A stretch of 64,000 nucleotides of DNA from contig OZ210885.1 of assembly GCA_964658305.1 (NCBI GenBank), forward strand, positions 4,898,001 to 4,962,000. Direction: 5' to 3'. Shown piece after piece: positions 1-13,591 of the stretch. The first letter of the stretch is position 1, and every line of letters begins with the position of its first letter. Position numbers and translations under genes: made by a program. The notes beneath the pieces are model-generated. The model searched no databases and had not been told where the DNA came from. It saw only the letters and a list, made by a program, of their open reading frames with translations. Source of the stretch: Leptogorgia sarmentosa. Its lineage: Eukaryota.

Positions 1-911
1 AAATATATAGTACAATAACCATATATAACGCAGCGTCATCAGACATACTACTTATAAATATTCAATTTACTTTTAAATTAATAATAAAATTTATTATTAA
101 TTTGGTTGATTGGTTCTATATGTGCGATTATGTGAAACACACTGCTTCAAACTTTACGTCTTTCCCATACCTGAGAGAGAACTATCGTCCTCTGCAACTT
201 GGTGTTTACTTTCTGCCATTGTATCAACAAGGCATGGGGGCGTCACATTGTGCTTTGTCATTAGGAATGCATCAATATCATCAAAAAATTTCCGTTTTTT
301 CCCTGTACTGTTTCCTGTTCGTTGCGTTTTATCTTTTTCTTGTTTATACTTGTATCGTAGCTTCTTAATTTTATTTATAACCTCTTTCAGTGTGAAGCCT
401 TCGTATCCTTTCTTTTCAAGCTTATGCTACATTAAAAGTGATTTTAATATAAATCAAAATAATTTATACAAATACAATACCCTAATATAATTATGGCATT
501 GTCAAGCACAAACATCTTGTCACTTACCAGGAGTGTCTGATAAACCTTGCTAGTTTGTTTTGATGTTTTGCATGTGTCTAAAGAAATTTGGATGCTTTCT
601 TCCAACCACAAATGAATTAATGTTCGAGTAGCCTCGTCAGACCACACCTTGCCTCTGTTTGTCTTCGCCACCATCTTATTTTTTCACAACAAACACGCAT
701 GCGTAATTGTTTACAGGGCCGCGTGCCTTCTTCTAGGCGGTCCGAGACTACCTCCGTGCAACGTTCTCGGCCCGCCAAAAATGGTTGGCACGTGGACCTT
801 TAATTTTGTGTTTACACTACGAAAAACTAAGAGTGCCGTTCCTTCAAAAATAGGTACGCGTGCCAAAATTTAGCGTGCCGTTCCAAAAATGAATGTAGTG
901 TAAACGGGGCT
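1..911 (-). mobile_element. PIF/Harbinger DNA transposon, one end, with spliced Myb/SANT-like (trihelix) accessory gene (exons ~674-528 and ~426-110, frameshifted)
   Basis: The terminus reads AGCCCCGTTTACACTA on the minus strand (896-911), with an inverted GTTTACACTAC copy at ~810-820. The peptide WSDEATRTLIHLW...GFTLKEVINKIKKLRYKYK...KFFDDIDAFL matches Harbinger Myb-like proteins. GT-AG intron at ~527-427. Confidence 0.75.
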
Positions 912-1833
912 TCTGTTAATATTGATAAAACAGACTGTTATTTTCCACTCCAGGCATAAGAAAGTTTCTTATGATATACATCTCTCTCTCGATGACAAAT
1001 GTATTACTCGTAAATCAAAGGTTAAGTTTCTGGGGGTTTTTGTGGATGAGATTCTCACCTGGAAACCTCATATTAGTCATGTCTGTAAAAAGATCTCTAG
1101 GTCTATCGGCATAATCTATCGAGCCTGTTTTTATTTGTTAGCTGGTACTAAATTGTCATTGTACTACACGTTAATCTACCCATACCTTACCTATTGTAAC
1201 ACTGCTTGGTCCTCCACCTATGTTTCCAACTTAAGGTGCATATTTCTATTACAGAAACGAATTGTCAGAGTACTGACCAATTCTAATCACCGGGCACATA
1301 CTGCTCCACTATTTAGTAAGTTAAAAATACTTAATATATATCAGCTTAATTCCTTTTATATTGGTAAATTCATGTTTTCTTACCACAATCAGTTATTACC
1401 ACCCTCTTTTCTCAATCTGTTTATTACCAACAATGAAATCCATGATTACAACACCAGAAATGCGAGTTCATATCGAGCTCATGCATGTAGAACAAATGTA
1501 AAGCAGTTTACTATCCTATTTCAAGGACCCAAATTGTGGAATTCTCTCCCAGAGTCCGTCAAATGTGCACAGACGATAAATTGCTTCAGGAATAGAATTT
1601 TGAGATACTTGCTAGATACCTAATTTACGTGTTTTTCTGATTTATATTTTCTGCTACTACTGCTCCAAGGAGATATCCTATTTACAAGCCCTATGGTTTC
1701 TGGATGCCTCCTTGCCACTGATATCTATTTTATCGAGTATACATACTGACTACTTAAAACTATATCATTATCGTAAAATAACTTGTATATATCTGATATC
1801 TGTGTGGTGAATTAAATTATTATTATTATTATT
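912..1833 (+). mobile_element. CR1/L2-group LINE, 3' fragment (post-RT C-terminal region, 3' UTR, (ATT)n tail)
   Basis: ORF 922-1623 has KFLGVFVDEILTWKPHI, LQKRIVR, HDYNTR and GPKLWNSLP. (ATT)n at ~1817-1834. Confidence 0.85.
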
Positions 1834-3974
1834 ACCCATTGTCCTGAAGCTTCTGAAACAACTGTTTTAGACATCGATCATGATCGTCATTGTCGATGCC
1901 ACCAATATAAATATCATCACTGATGTTCTTCACACACAGTATACCACGGATTGCATCACTAACTCTCTTCTGAAACATTTCCGCTGCACAAGAAAGTCCA
2001 AAATTAAGGCGTTTATATCTAAACAATCCTATGTGGGTTGAGAAGGTTGTTAGTGGTTTAGAATCAGGATGAAGTGGAATCTGATGGTAGCCTTGATAAA
2101 AATCAATCTTGCTGAAAACCTTACAGCCATTGAGATCATGTACTACATCATCAATGGTGGGGATGATATGTCGTTCTTGGATAATAGCTTTATTTAGTGC
2201 TCTCATGTCAACACAAATTCGTATTTCACTGGGTTTATGCAGCTTTGGTACAACTACTATCGATGAAACCCAAGGAGTAGGGCCTTCGGCATGTTCTACT
2301 ATGCCTTCATTTTCAAGTTGCTCTATCTTCTTCTCCACTTGTTTTCTGACATGAAACGGAATGCGGCGACACGGTAAGGCTATTGGTTTAACAGTATTGT
2401 CTACATGTATACGTACTGGTTCCCCTTTGTAATGACCCATCCCATTGGTAAGGTTGGGAAAATCCTTAATAAACTCGGGTGCATTGGGTGATAACTTGGA
2501 TCAAGTTGATTAATAACACTGACTGCTTTGATCAGATTTAGTTTCTGGGACGTTGACCAGCTAAGAATAGAATTTGATGAACCCTTAGCCACATAAAATG
2601 TTTCCTCTGATGAACCCAATTTACTTGAAACTTCTGCTTCAAACTTGCCACACAGATTTAAGGGCTTTTCACTCATGTAAGGGTACACTTTGGTTTTGGT
2701 TTCCGATATTTGGGGTTTTCGTACAATACTATTGAAATCTTGTTCGCTCAGTATATTTACTGTTGCTCCTGAATCTGCCATTATTCTAATTGGAGTGTTC
2801 CCAATTTTTACTTCAAAGATAGGTTTACTAAGTTGGTTTACCTGTGCAGCAGTGGTAAATGTATATTCCTCGCTGTTATCACTGTCAGATTTCTCAACAC
2901 GACTTATTTCACTAGAATGGTTTTCTGCTGTTACAGTTTTAGCATGTTCTTTACCCACTGGTGGTTTGAATTTACTATGACAAACTTTAGAGAAATGATT
3001 CATTTTTCAACACTTGTGACATTTTTTCCCTTGGGCAGGACATTTTCCCCCGATGTGGATAATTACCGCCACACAATCCACCCCTCGTCTTGTGAGGCTC
3101 TCTCCTTTGGTTAGGATCTTTCTTAGATTTAGTAAACTTAGTACGATTGTGTTTACCTACTGCATTTGATTGCTGTTTTTCCATTTCACTAGTGTGTTCA
3201 TTAGCAGTCTCCATGGCTCGTGCAGTTTTGAGTACATTTTTTAGGGTAAGACTTTGTTCAATTGCTTTTCGTCTCAGTCTTAGTGATGAAGTGCCTTGAA
3301 TAATTTGGCGTTTTATTTCCAAATCAGCATCGGAAAATTCACATTTTCATGCAAGCAATTGTAAACAAGTATAAAATTCAGTAATGTTCTCACCTGACCT
3401 CTGCGTTTGTTGTCTAAATACATAAACGTGATGATCAATGCATTTCTGTGGCTCAAAATATTCTGCAAGAGCTTTGACCCAAATCTTGAAGACATCACTT
3501 CCTTTGGTTGGCTCGGGTACATTAAGCGTTTCAAATATGTCACAGGTTTCTTCTCCCACGTAATGCAACAATATAGCTTTCTGCTGAGAATCTTTGGCGA
3601 TATTCATAGCTTCGAACATGTTCTTCAATCTCTTGATATACTTTTCAAAACGCGTCGGAGCAGTTTCTCTCGGATGCAACTCAAAGTTTGGAAAGTTTAC
3701 TGATGTCGCCATTGATAAACTTTGAGTCTCACTTATAAAAGTAAAGTTTTAACATCCTCGTCGCCATTTGTGAGGTCTTTGATCATAAAAATCAACTTTT
3801 ATTTAGGAATCTATACAACAACTGCCGGAATATCATATTTACCATTCTTTTATACCCAGCAGTGCATTGTGGGCCTTGCTACTAATTATACATGCAAATT
3901 ACATAAATTAGCTTATAAACATTACACATACTTTTCCCCACTTTGTTCAAAATGAATTAATTCCTTATTTAACA
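1832..3974 (-). mobile_element. Gypsy LTR retrotransposon, 5' half (LTR, PBS, gag, protease, RT), frameshifted and truncated after RT
   Basis: Gag-like 3712-2987; protease ADSGAT (3003-2401); RT TPWVSSIVVVPK...RICVDMR...GYHQI...NISDDI (2440-1832). LTR TG...CA at 3974-3769. Confidence 0.9.
3755..3766 (-). promoter_or_regulatory. Primer-binding site of the Gypsy element
   Basis: TGGCGACGAGGA lies 2 nt inside the LTR-terminal CA and 43 nt upstream of the gag ATG. Confidence 0.8.
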
Positions 3975-5412
3975 ATAAATGTGGCCTTATTTCAAGCTGG
4001 ACAAATTTCTAACTTCCACAGTGAATGGGAAAAACTTACCAGTGACCCTGAAATTTTAGAAATGGTCCAGGGAACTAAAATTAAATTCAGTGGCAAATGC
4101 CCTGTGCAGCACCAGTCGCCACCTAACTCCCTACCCCATGCGGAGACTGAAAAAATTGAAGAAGCAATACACGCACCGCTAACAAAAAGGTAATTATCCC
4201 CAGATATATTGATCAAACTGAATTTATTTCTCCTATCTTTACCACCCCGAAAAAGGTGATCATTCCAAAATGGATAACATCCACACCGCTTTAAAGTTAA
4301 TCACTAAAGATTGTTGGCTAGCCTCTCTAGATCTGAAAGATGCTTATTATAGCATCCCAATTCATGTGGAGTCACAAAAATTTTAAAATTCTCCTATAAG
4401 GGAAAATTATTTCAGTTCACAGTTTTCCCAAATGGCCTCTCGTCTTGTCCCAGGAAATTCACAAAACTACTCAAGCCAGTCCTGGCCACCTTGTGGGTGA
4501 AGGGCCATTTAATAATGGTTTACATTGATGACTTGCTCTTAATTGGCCAGTCATACAAACAATGTGTGGATACAATTATTGCAACGTTAACCCTGTTCGA
4601 AAAACTGGGCTTTGTTATTCATCCATCAAGATGGATGAATAAAAGTAGCTTTCTGGCAAACATGTTAAACTAATGATTGACAATAGTACGACAGTCTTTG
4701 TCATTAACAACATGGGTACTAGCCATTATGACAGATTAAACACAATGGCTGTAGAGATTTGGGAATTTTGCATGTCACATAAGATACGGCTAACGGCAGC
4801 TCATTATTTGCCAGGTTCATCAAATGTAATTGCTGATACAGAGTCTAGACATGTTTACCGAGAAGGTGAATGGAGGTTAAACCCATCCTGCATTCAATCT
4901 GGAATAACTAAGTTCAAATTTATACCCGAAATTGATCTGTTTGCCTCAAGGCTCAACAAACAATTCACAAAGTAATGTTCCTACAGACCCGATCCAGAAG
5001 CAATGTATATTGATGCTTTTTCTGTTTCGTGGGAAAACCTAAAATTTTTCTGTTTTCCTCCTTTCAGTTGCATGAAAGTTTCAGGACTTTTAGTAATCCT
5101 AAACTGGCCAACACAGCCCTGGTACCCACTAATAGCACCCCTCTTAGTAGAGCCACCACTCATCTGTCATCCCCCGAAACGTCTTCTGCAACTACCTGCT
5201 GCTCCAGAGGAGCAACATCCCCTGGTAAAGAAATTAGAACTAAAAATATGTTGTGTGTCAGGGAACATCTTGAACAATTAGGTGTCCCACCAACTTCAGT
5301 CGATATAATTATGGCCTCTTGGAGAAAGGGGGCGAAGTCCCCATACCAAACACATCTGAAGAAGTGGAGCAAATTTTGTACAACCACTAATTGTGATTTT
5401 TTTGAGCCACCA
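3975..5412 (+). mobile_element. DIRS-type tyrosine-recombinase retrotransposon remnant (RT, RNase H, methyltransferase-like region, start of YR)
   Basis: AGQISNFHSEWEKLTSD, SLDLKDAYY, YIDDLL, DNSTTV..IN, LPGSSNVIAD, IDLFASRLN, CFPPF and IMASWRK..Y...KKW occur in DIRS order, with stops and deletions. Confidence 0.85.
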
Positions 5413-5990
5413 TCAAGATCTTAATTAGGATCCAAAGGTCCTAAGGTTGTAAGATCTTACTTAGAATCCTAAGATCCTGCCTAAAATCTTAATTAAGAAA
5501 AATTTGAACAGTTCAATAATTTTATACACAATATATTTTGTGTAAATGTACTTATATGGGTTATCAAGCAGCAATCTAAAATACACTTTTATGATTTATA
5601 TATTTTCAAAGTATTATTACCAAATCAACAAACAAGTATTTACAATTACGTCAGTAGATGTCCCTAGCCCTCAATACATCAATTTCAAAAAGTGATCTAT
5701 ATGTTATAAGAACTAACAAACAATTATATATTTTCTTGACTGCTTTACTAGATTTTAACAATTTCCTTTATGATTTACTCAAGATTTATTCAAGATCTTA
5801 ACAATTTCTTATGAGATTCACCCAAGATCTTAACAACTTCGCATAGGATTTACTCAAGATCTTGACAATTCCAATAAGATTCACTTTAGGATCCTAACAA
5901 TTCCCTGTAAGATTTACTCAAGATCTTGACAATTTCTTATAAGAAAACATCTTTCGGTGGTCCTAAAACATCTTAACTGCTGCATTTTTC
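5413..5990. repeat. Array of palindromic AAGATCTT/AGGATCCT motifs (subterminal-repeat-like), left
   Basis: Dense clusters at ~5413-5500 and ~5745-5990, e.g. GATTTACTCAAGATCTTGACAATT repeated. Confidence 0.75.
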
Positions 5991-6024
5991 AGATTTAACA
6001 TTGAAGCCATCTAAGACTGGTTTC

Positions 6025-8250
6025 TTAGTCATGTTGATAGCATTTTAAGACGGAAGACACAAATCCGTAACCATTGTTTTCCTTGGATTCGACGAGGACA
6101 ACCTTGGAAATAATGGAAGAACAGTTGATTAACTTCTGCTGGTTTGTCCGCCTAACCGCAGCAAAATGGCACCCAAGATAGTCAGACAAATGGAACTCTT
6201 TCATTACGGGATCGTTTCGTTCTTGTGGTCGTATGATTTCATTGCATATGTTATGCTGCAAATTACAGAAGAGACTGGTCACAGCAAAACCAACGTCGCC
6301 CTGTTTGACAAAAAAATCTACTTTTCCAAAATATTCCTGTTCATTTTCACGGATCTACAACTACGATTGTTAAAGGCTTCAGAGGCCCAATGAAACTTAC
6401 ATCATTTGAAAGTTCGACCATATCAGGAAGACGGTTGTACCTCAAAAGTTGTTCAGCAAAAGCCTCTTCAAATGGGAAAGCATCGATTCAAAAATAAATG
6501 CTGAGTGCAGGATCAAAGGACCATGTTCTCGAACTTGTTCTGGAAGATGGGTTAAGGAATGTGAGTTGAATGTTGCTTCCGAAATATCATATAATTCAGG
6601 CACCATCCTGGTGTAGCTTGAAAGCATTGCTTTAGCAATGTCAATTTCTTGATCAGTGATGCTATATTCACACAATAACTGCACACCGGTAACCAAAAGG
6701 GAATGGTGATAGAAAATTTCTGACGGTAGAATATCTTTTAGAACCGGAAGGCTTGCGTGAAGAAAAAAGTTTTGCTTTTCACTTGCTTTCCATCTCTTGA
6801 ATTTGTTTAGCGATCTAAATTTCCACTTGAAATCATGAGGTAACCCAATGCTGTGAAGACGGTCACTCAAACACTGAATATGCGGCTTTAGATTAACACC
6901 ACTTGGACACGATCCTGACAAACAGTTTGCCATGCGCCTGGTGAATTCACCTTCGAGAACTTGATGCATGTAATCAAACAACAGCATCTCTGGGATTTGT
7001 AAAATTGTATGCACAACTGAAGAACCTTTCACACCAAAAACTGTCTCTCCGGTTTCTGCTCCTAACTAAGCGTGAGTTAAAGTATCGCAATGATTTCGTC
7101 TGGGAAATGCTGTGGGTGTATAAGGATAAACACTTTGTTACCACGACCAGGCATCCTTTGACCTGGATGTAAGCAAGAGCAACAACCAAATTTTCCATTG
7201 TGCAGTATAAAATTAACCGATGGGGCTTTTGCTACCAAATCAGCAACTTGCCCACTCACCATCAGCTTGAAGTTTTTTCCAATCGCTCATCTGACAAAGT
7301 AAAACCTTTCGTAAGAATTTGACTTCTTCACAAAATTTTGCTTGAAACACTTCCATATTTGGTTTCACTTTTCTGTACCAAATACCAGACAACAGTATGT
7401 TCATGTACGAATCTCGTAAATTCAGTGGAAGCTCAACAACAAAACTCTGGATAGGCCAAATTGAAATGTTTTTGGACCGAAAAGCAGGTGCTCCGTCAAG
7501 ATGCCAGTAAATTGTAAAGGGAAAGAATCCACTTTGGTTTACCTCAGCAAATAGGTTTTGGTATACATTTCCATCAATTATATCCGTATAAATACCTGGG
7601 GTATGGGTATAGTTTTGGATAAATTCTTTTATGGAGTCCTAATGCTCTAAAATGGTAATATTTTATTATTAAACTAATATCATTGTATTGGCGAAGATAA
7701 TAAGTATACTAGTATAGTCTTCACTAACCTGTTAATAACCTCTTCAACTCAGGTAGAATATCACTTGTGTAAAATACGCTGGAATTTTCACCACTGGCAT
7801 ATCTTAGATTGTAGTTGCATATCCGATTTTCACACAAAAATTCCTTCGTGAGAAGCGTTTGCCAATTCGTGCAGGTGACGTATTTGGTGGATACATACTC
7901 CAACTCTCTTTCCGTTTCCTTTCAAAAAGGTAGCTTAATTTGGGTAGTTTGCTCCCTTTAGGTAAGCACAATTCCAACATCTTTAACATGCTGTCTAGTG
8001 CTATATTTGCAATGTTGTGCCTTTGCCTTAATGCCAATAGAATAGCATTAAATTCAGAAACAGACAATGAAGAGTCCTGAAACAGTGGTAGACCTTTCCG
8101 AAACACGCCCTCCTCATCCGAGATGCTACTTTCATCATTATCACTTAAGCCTAAAGATATGTCATCATTTGTATCTGAACATGAGTCTGGAATCTTGTCA
8201 TTGCTTCGTTGGTAACCTTCGGTCTCTGATTCACTGTTTTCAAAATCTAT
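6025..8250 (-). pseudogene. EnSpm/CACTA (CMC)-type transposase, frameshifted
   Basis: DLVAKA...HNGKFGCCSCLHPG, DYMHQVLEG, RWKASE, FNSHSLTHL, GPL...SAFIFES. These are the motifs of animal EnSpm-like transposases. Confidence 0.85.
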
Positions 8251-8341
8251 AAAATAGAACGTTTCTCTTTTATCTACATGCTTATTATAAGTAATAGCAT
8301 CGCTTGAGGGACATTAGTGATTAAATGGTCCCGTAACCCAA

Positions 8342-8550
8342 GCAATAATAGCATAGTTGACCGGGTTTTCTTTTGTTTTTACTGTGTCAATTACTAAGTG
8401 ATTTGTTGTTGTGTAGAATGTAATTACTTGCATGTTTGACCATCCATAACCGAGAGGGCGATTAGAACTAATCGCCCGCTACAGCGGGCAATTAGTTAGT
8501 AACTGACCCAGTAAAAACAAAAGAAACCTGGTCAACTATGCTATTACTGC
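8342..8550. mobile_element. ~210-bp non-autonomous inverted-repeat element (MITE-like)
   Basis: ~47-bp TIRs GCA(A/G)TAATAGCATAGTTGACC...ACTG(T/G)GTCA. A second, inverted copy lies at 32232-32726. Confidence 0.75.
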
Positions 8551-11435
8551 AATAAACTTCCTAAGTTCTATGCCGGAGTTAAGATAAAATGAAGGTAAAA
8601 TAAAGGTTCCTTCAGTGTAATTTAAACTGGAGTGGCAATTATATAATTCATACCATGAATGGGCGAATGAACAAAGTTGCCAGTTGGCTGTTCATCAATA
8701 TCACGACCATGATTAACATCTTCTGTATCATTTTCATAACTTCCTTCCACAAAATCAAAATCATGCTCTGCATCCTGATTCATCTGAGGAAAAGAACGCT
8801 CGTTGTTGCAGCTTTTCTTGAGAAATTTATTGCATAACACATCTTCTTCATCCGACTGATTAGAACCGTTTGACATGTTGGAGGAAGAACTAATCTCAGC
8901 GCTATCAGTATCACTGTTGCTGGTTCTGCTTTGTCTAATAAATGTAGCAGGTCCTAAAAAATGGTATTTGGAGTGAGTGATTATTTTATTTTACCAAATA
9001 ATTCTGGCCATCCTTTTCGGCAAAATTGTGCTTGGAATGGAATGAGTGCATATTACTTGATCATCATGCTTGCATATGCTGATATTACCTGCAGAAAAAC
9101 TTTTATTACCTTTTACAACGAGTATGGAATTAAGTTCGACAACATTTTTGGGTAGGCCAAACGAATTACATACAATTCGAATATATAAGGAAAAATTGAA
9201 ATAATTTTTCAATGGCATTTCGGAAATAATTAAGTTCGAGAAGTATAAATATGCTATTTGTGAAATAAATCAATTTCTTTGAAGAAAAAATTAAAATCCG
9301 CCCATAGTTGACGCCCATCCCACGGAGTAACCTCAATGCAGTTATGACGGCCCGCCTCCCTAACCATGCCACTTGCGCTAGCACACATATAGATGGCACC
9401 TTTATCTTTCCCCAGCCACAAGCTAATAATATATTGGTTCGTATTTATATGCGTCGCAACAGTCATCATTAGGGCATGTGGTACATGCTCAGGTACATAC
9501 CAAATACTGCGCATGGTTGAGTATTGAATAATGTTTACATCTTTTGAAAGGTAAAAACCTTTTCTGAGCTGAACCACAAATTAGTAGGATATCTAATCTG
9601 TGCCTGAACAGACCTGAACCCAATGCTATCACTGTTTTGAACGCTGTCGTTGTCCACAAAACTCAAAATATTGAAATTCCGGACGACGTTCTCGCCCCCC
9701 GGTTAAAACATAGTTAAAAGTTTTGTAATACCGCTTCCCTGTGACTAACTGGAGAAAATGACACATGCAGCTTAAGTGCTGTGCAATAGTTTAGGCTAAA
9801 TGACCGAAAAACAAAAGTATTGTTTGGTTCAATTCCTTGTATAATTTGGCTAAAACATAGCGACAAAGCAAACGAGCTGCTAAACGTAATAATTTATTTT
9901 ATTTTTTTCCGGTCCGTAACTCCCAGTCCGTAACCTAAATAGAGCTTTCTGATTGATTGCCGGAGGTCGGTATCCTACGGTACGGACCGCTCGCATGCAT
10001 TCTCGTAGATTTAATACAAATATAGTCAATGTTTTTGTTTTTTAAAACTGAATGAACGCTTATTAAAATATTCAAAACAAATTTAGGCGATAAAGAACAC
10101 ATGAAAGTTCATTTTATTATGCTAAGGGATATTTTAGGGGGTATTTACAACGACAAAAAAAAGTCTCTTCAGTATCAACAAAACAAAACAAAACATTGTC
10201 AGCGAAATATTTCGGTGTCTAAAGTGTATTAACCATGTTTCTATCGTGAAACGAACAGGAAAATAAATAATTTTAATAAGTTTGCCTTTTTGGTAGTAAT
10301 GTTGAGTGGAAAAGCGTCAATGTTGAAGCAAATGCGTGAATATTGAAGGGTTTTTTCTCACTTCGTCTTGGCTGTTTAGCAGCCATACTTGCGATAGAGT
10401 ACCAAAGGGGTGATTACAAATTGCGAGGCACGCGAGGCAGCCTGCGAGGCGTATATTTCCGGTTCTTATTTCCGGTTTGGTGCATGTGGCCTGAAGCTGA
10501 TTCTGACTGCTCTGAACCCGAAGCTTCGACTTTGTGCTACTATACTGTCATAGTCATAGTGTGTTCTTAATCAACTCAAGTTATATTTGATCACCAAGTA
10601 AGTTTTCATTTTTGTTTTAGTAAGTGTAATTCGTTTTTATCCACTCATTCACAACGAAATAATTTGTATTAATTTATGTATTATATGCAAAACAGATGGA
10701 AAACAGGCGGCTGCAGTGTTTGCTGCAAGCGAGGAAACTGGGATTCTGTCTATGCTTCGATCCATCGGGGGCAAAAAATCGATGCTTTTACGAATGCATA
10801 TCAACATACTTAAGCATCGACATTGTGGAGACGATACGTCTAATTGAAGATTACATGATGTCCCATCAGGTTGTCTTGGTCAGGAATAGCGTGAGTGTTT
10901 CTCCGGTCTTTTTTAATCAAATCAAACATTACCTTTGCATTTGAATATTTATTGAACTTCTTGTGTGAGATCATTGAAAGTTTTACTATAAATTCTAATA
11001 GTAGTAGGTAGATGGCAGTGGCACCGGCTACTACTGTTTTAACACTGCTAGACTGCGGACGTATTGCAGTTCGAAACGAGACCTGGAGTATGGTAGATGG
11101 GTAGTATAGCCTCAGCCCAGGTACCACCAAAAATACTGCACATAATCTGTAGTGTATGCAGTATGAAATGTAAATATTGTTTATACTACAAGGTTATATG
11201 CTGTGGTTTTATTTCCTTAGGGTGCTACTATGGAGGAACAGGATCTCATGTCTTTTTTATCAGATGCTGATTTCCCAGCACTGAAAGAACGACCCAAAAC
11301 ATGGAAGAAATGCATACTGGCATTAAGGAATGAAATGACAAACCATGTAGTTATCCGTTCAGCTGCATCTCTTTTTTCCATCAATATAAATGTCATTGAT
11401 TGGACAGGGGTAATCTACAATAACAGTATCAATTA

Positions 11436-11571
11436 CAACAACAACAACAACAACAACAGCAACAGCAACAACAACAACAACAACAACAACCAGTAATGAT
11501 GATAATAATAATAATAATAATAATAATATGATATTTTTTTAATATTTAATAATAATAATAATAATAATAAT
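11436..11571. repeat. (AAC)n followed by (AAT)n microsatellites
   Basis: Directly visible trinucleotide runs. Confidence 0.95.
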
Positions 11572-13519
11572 GAAAACTTTATTAATAGAACATTTATAGA
11601 TATATACAATTGTAAATCTCACTTCTTGAGGTAACCTACAATTGACTACTTGAATCACTTATACATGCATGGTTATAATCTTATATATGCAAAAATTGTT
11701 AATTATTTATAGAAATAGTTACTTCAAATGTTCATTAGTTCGGGATTTGTCCATTCTTTGTTTCTACAGCAAAATATGTAGTACGTTGATCGGATGGCAA
11801 TAGATATGATTCTTCTGATACAATATTGTTGGTGCGGTTTATCCAGTCCTAACTCATTTAGCATTTTTACGAATGTATGACATTCTTTGTCAAACACCCC
11901 TAGCGAACTGACAGAAAGATTTATGAACTTAACAGATGTAAAGTTTTGATCCAGTTCTGTAATTAGGTTTTTATATTTAGCTTTCTTGCGGTTAACATTG
12001 TTTGTGAGGTTTGATTCAAAGCCTACGGTAAGTTCAACAACGTAGAGGTGTTTGTCCGAAGTGGAGACAAGCAAATCAGGACGGTATTCATTTCCCGTAA
12101 TAGTCGAGGGGCTTTCGAATCCAGGAAGATCAACATTTAATTTGCATTCGTTTAAACTTTGAAAAGTTTTTGCAAGAAAGTTTAGTATGCAATCGTGTCT
12201 CCAAGTAAATCGTTCCAAATAGTGTTGACAACCGGCAGCAACGTGTAGAAGTGATTCAGGGTGTAAGCAGAACGAGCAGTCTGAACTTGATGAAATTCCC
12301 CATCTTGCAAGGTTTTTGCGGGTCGGAAGCGTGTTGTTGATATACCGGATAGTGAAGTTGAAAATGTTTTTGGGCAGTTTGGATTGGCAAGTTGACCAGA
12401 TTGTGTTTGCCTGTGGCAGGGAGTATCTTGATACACTGTTGAAAAATGAGCCTTGAGACGTTAGTTGAGTGGTTAGTTTATTTTCTTGACTGTCACGAAA
12501 TGACTTAATTACTTCCTTGGTGGAGCTGTACTGATCATGTTGGATATTAGTGTGGTTTTTGGTTGATTTCCAGAGGTGGGTTATAGATTCATTGGGAGAT
12601 GATTTCAAACTAGTTCGAATGGTTGTCTGACATTGTGTAAATTTAGTTGAAGGTGGAATTATGTTTAGGCCAAATTTGTTGCTGGTTAGGTAGACGTTAC
12701 TAAGTGTTCCAGAGATCGGAATCTCAAGCCATTTACGGATATATTGCACAAATATAGAGTCCAGGTTTTCTGAGATCCAGGTTTTAGAAACTGATGTAAT
12801 GGTAAGATGCCAGGAAAGTTTTGGTAAGATGTAGCGGCTGTAGAGTAGAATTTTGTTCTTCGGATGTAGTGGCTTTAGATCTATTTCTTTCATTTTATTT
12901 GTTAAGAGCGACATTAGTTCCAACTTATGTTCATTATCCGATATTTCATAATCAAAGTATCGTCCTAAATAGCAGAATGATTTTCCCATTTCAATGACAG
13001 GAATAAGGGAGTTTTTAATAATTAGTTTAGGAAGGTATTGGACGGATTTGGTAAGAGCTTTCTTGATGCCAAAGGTACAACATTTATCAACACGAATAGT
13101 CATGTCAGACCACTGACACCAAATTGCAAATCGGTTTAGTAAATATTGGTTTTCAGATTCTTGACCGGTGATTACGGCTGCGTCGTCTGCGAACTGGAAC
13201 CAGTGGATTGGGTTGAGAAGTTTATATGAGAAACCAAATTGCTGATATTTCTCGGATTTTATGTGTTGGATAAATGTGTTAAAACAAAGGTTAAATAGCA
13301 GTGGGCTGAGGCAGTCACCTTGTAAGACTCCGCGACCAACTTGTATAAATGGTGTGTTGAAATTTGATGTGATTACTGATGTTTTAAAGTTTGTGTAGAG
13401 GCTTTCAATGATAAGTTGAATTTCATCAGGTATGTGATGATAGTTAAGGACAGATTTAATTAGATTATGATGTACTTCACCGAATGCGTTCTTGAGGTCA
13501 AGGAGGGTTATAACTAGAG
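11572..13519 (-). mobile_element. 5'-truncated RLE-type non-LTR retrotransposon (HERO/R4-like); RT, CCHC finger and restriction-like endonuclease in one open frame
   Basis: LDLKNAFG, GVLQGDCLSP, FADD, CSFC...H....C, RHD, RPDL, VELTV..E. The frame is open to the stop at 11724. Flanked by (AAT)n on both sides. Confidence 0.85.
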
Positions 13520-13591
13520 AATAATAATAATTATAATAATAATAATAAGCATTTAATAATAATTTGTACACAATAATAATAATAATAATAA

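Noticed and set aside
9890..10010. Possible Crypton-like terminal remnant (CCGTA/TACGG motifs, CTGATTG)
   Set aside because: Too short, and no partner end or coding sequence was found to support a call.
13520..13571. N-terminal poly-Tyr of ORF 11724-13571 and poly-Asn/poly-Ile ORFs near 11430-11496 and 17157-17438
   Set aside because: These are translations of (AAT)n/(AAC)n microsatellites.
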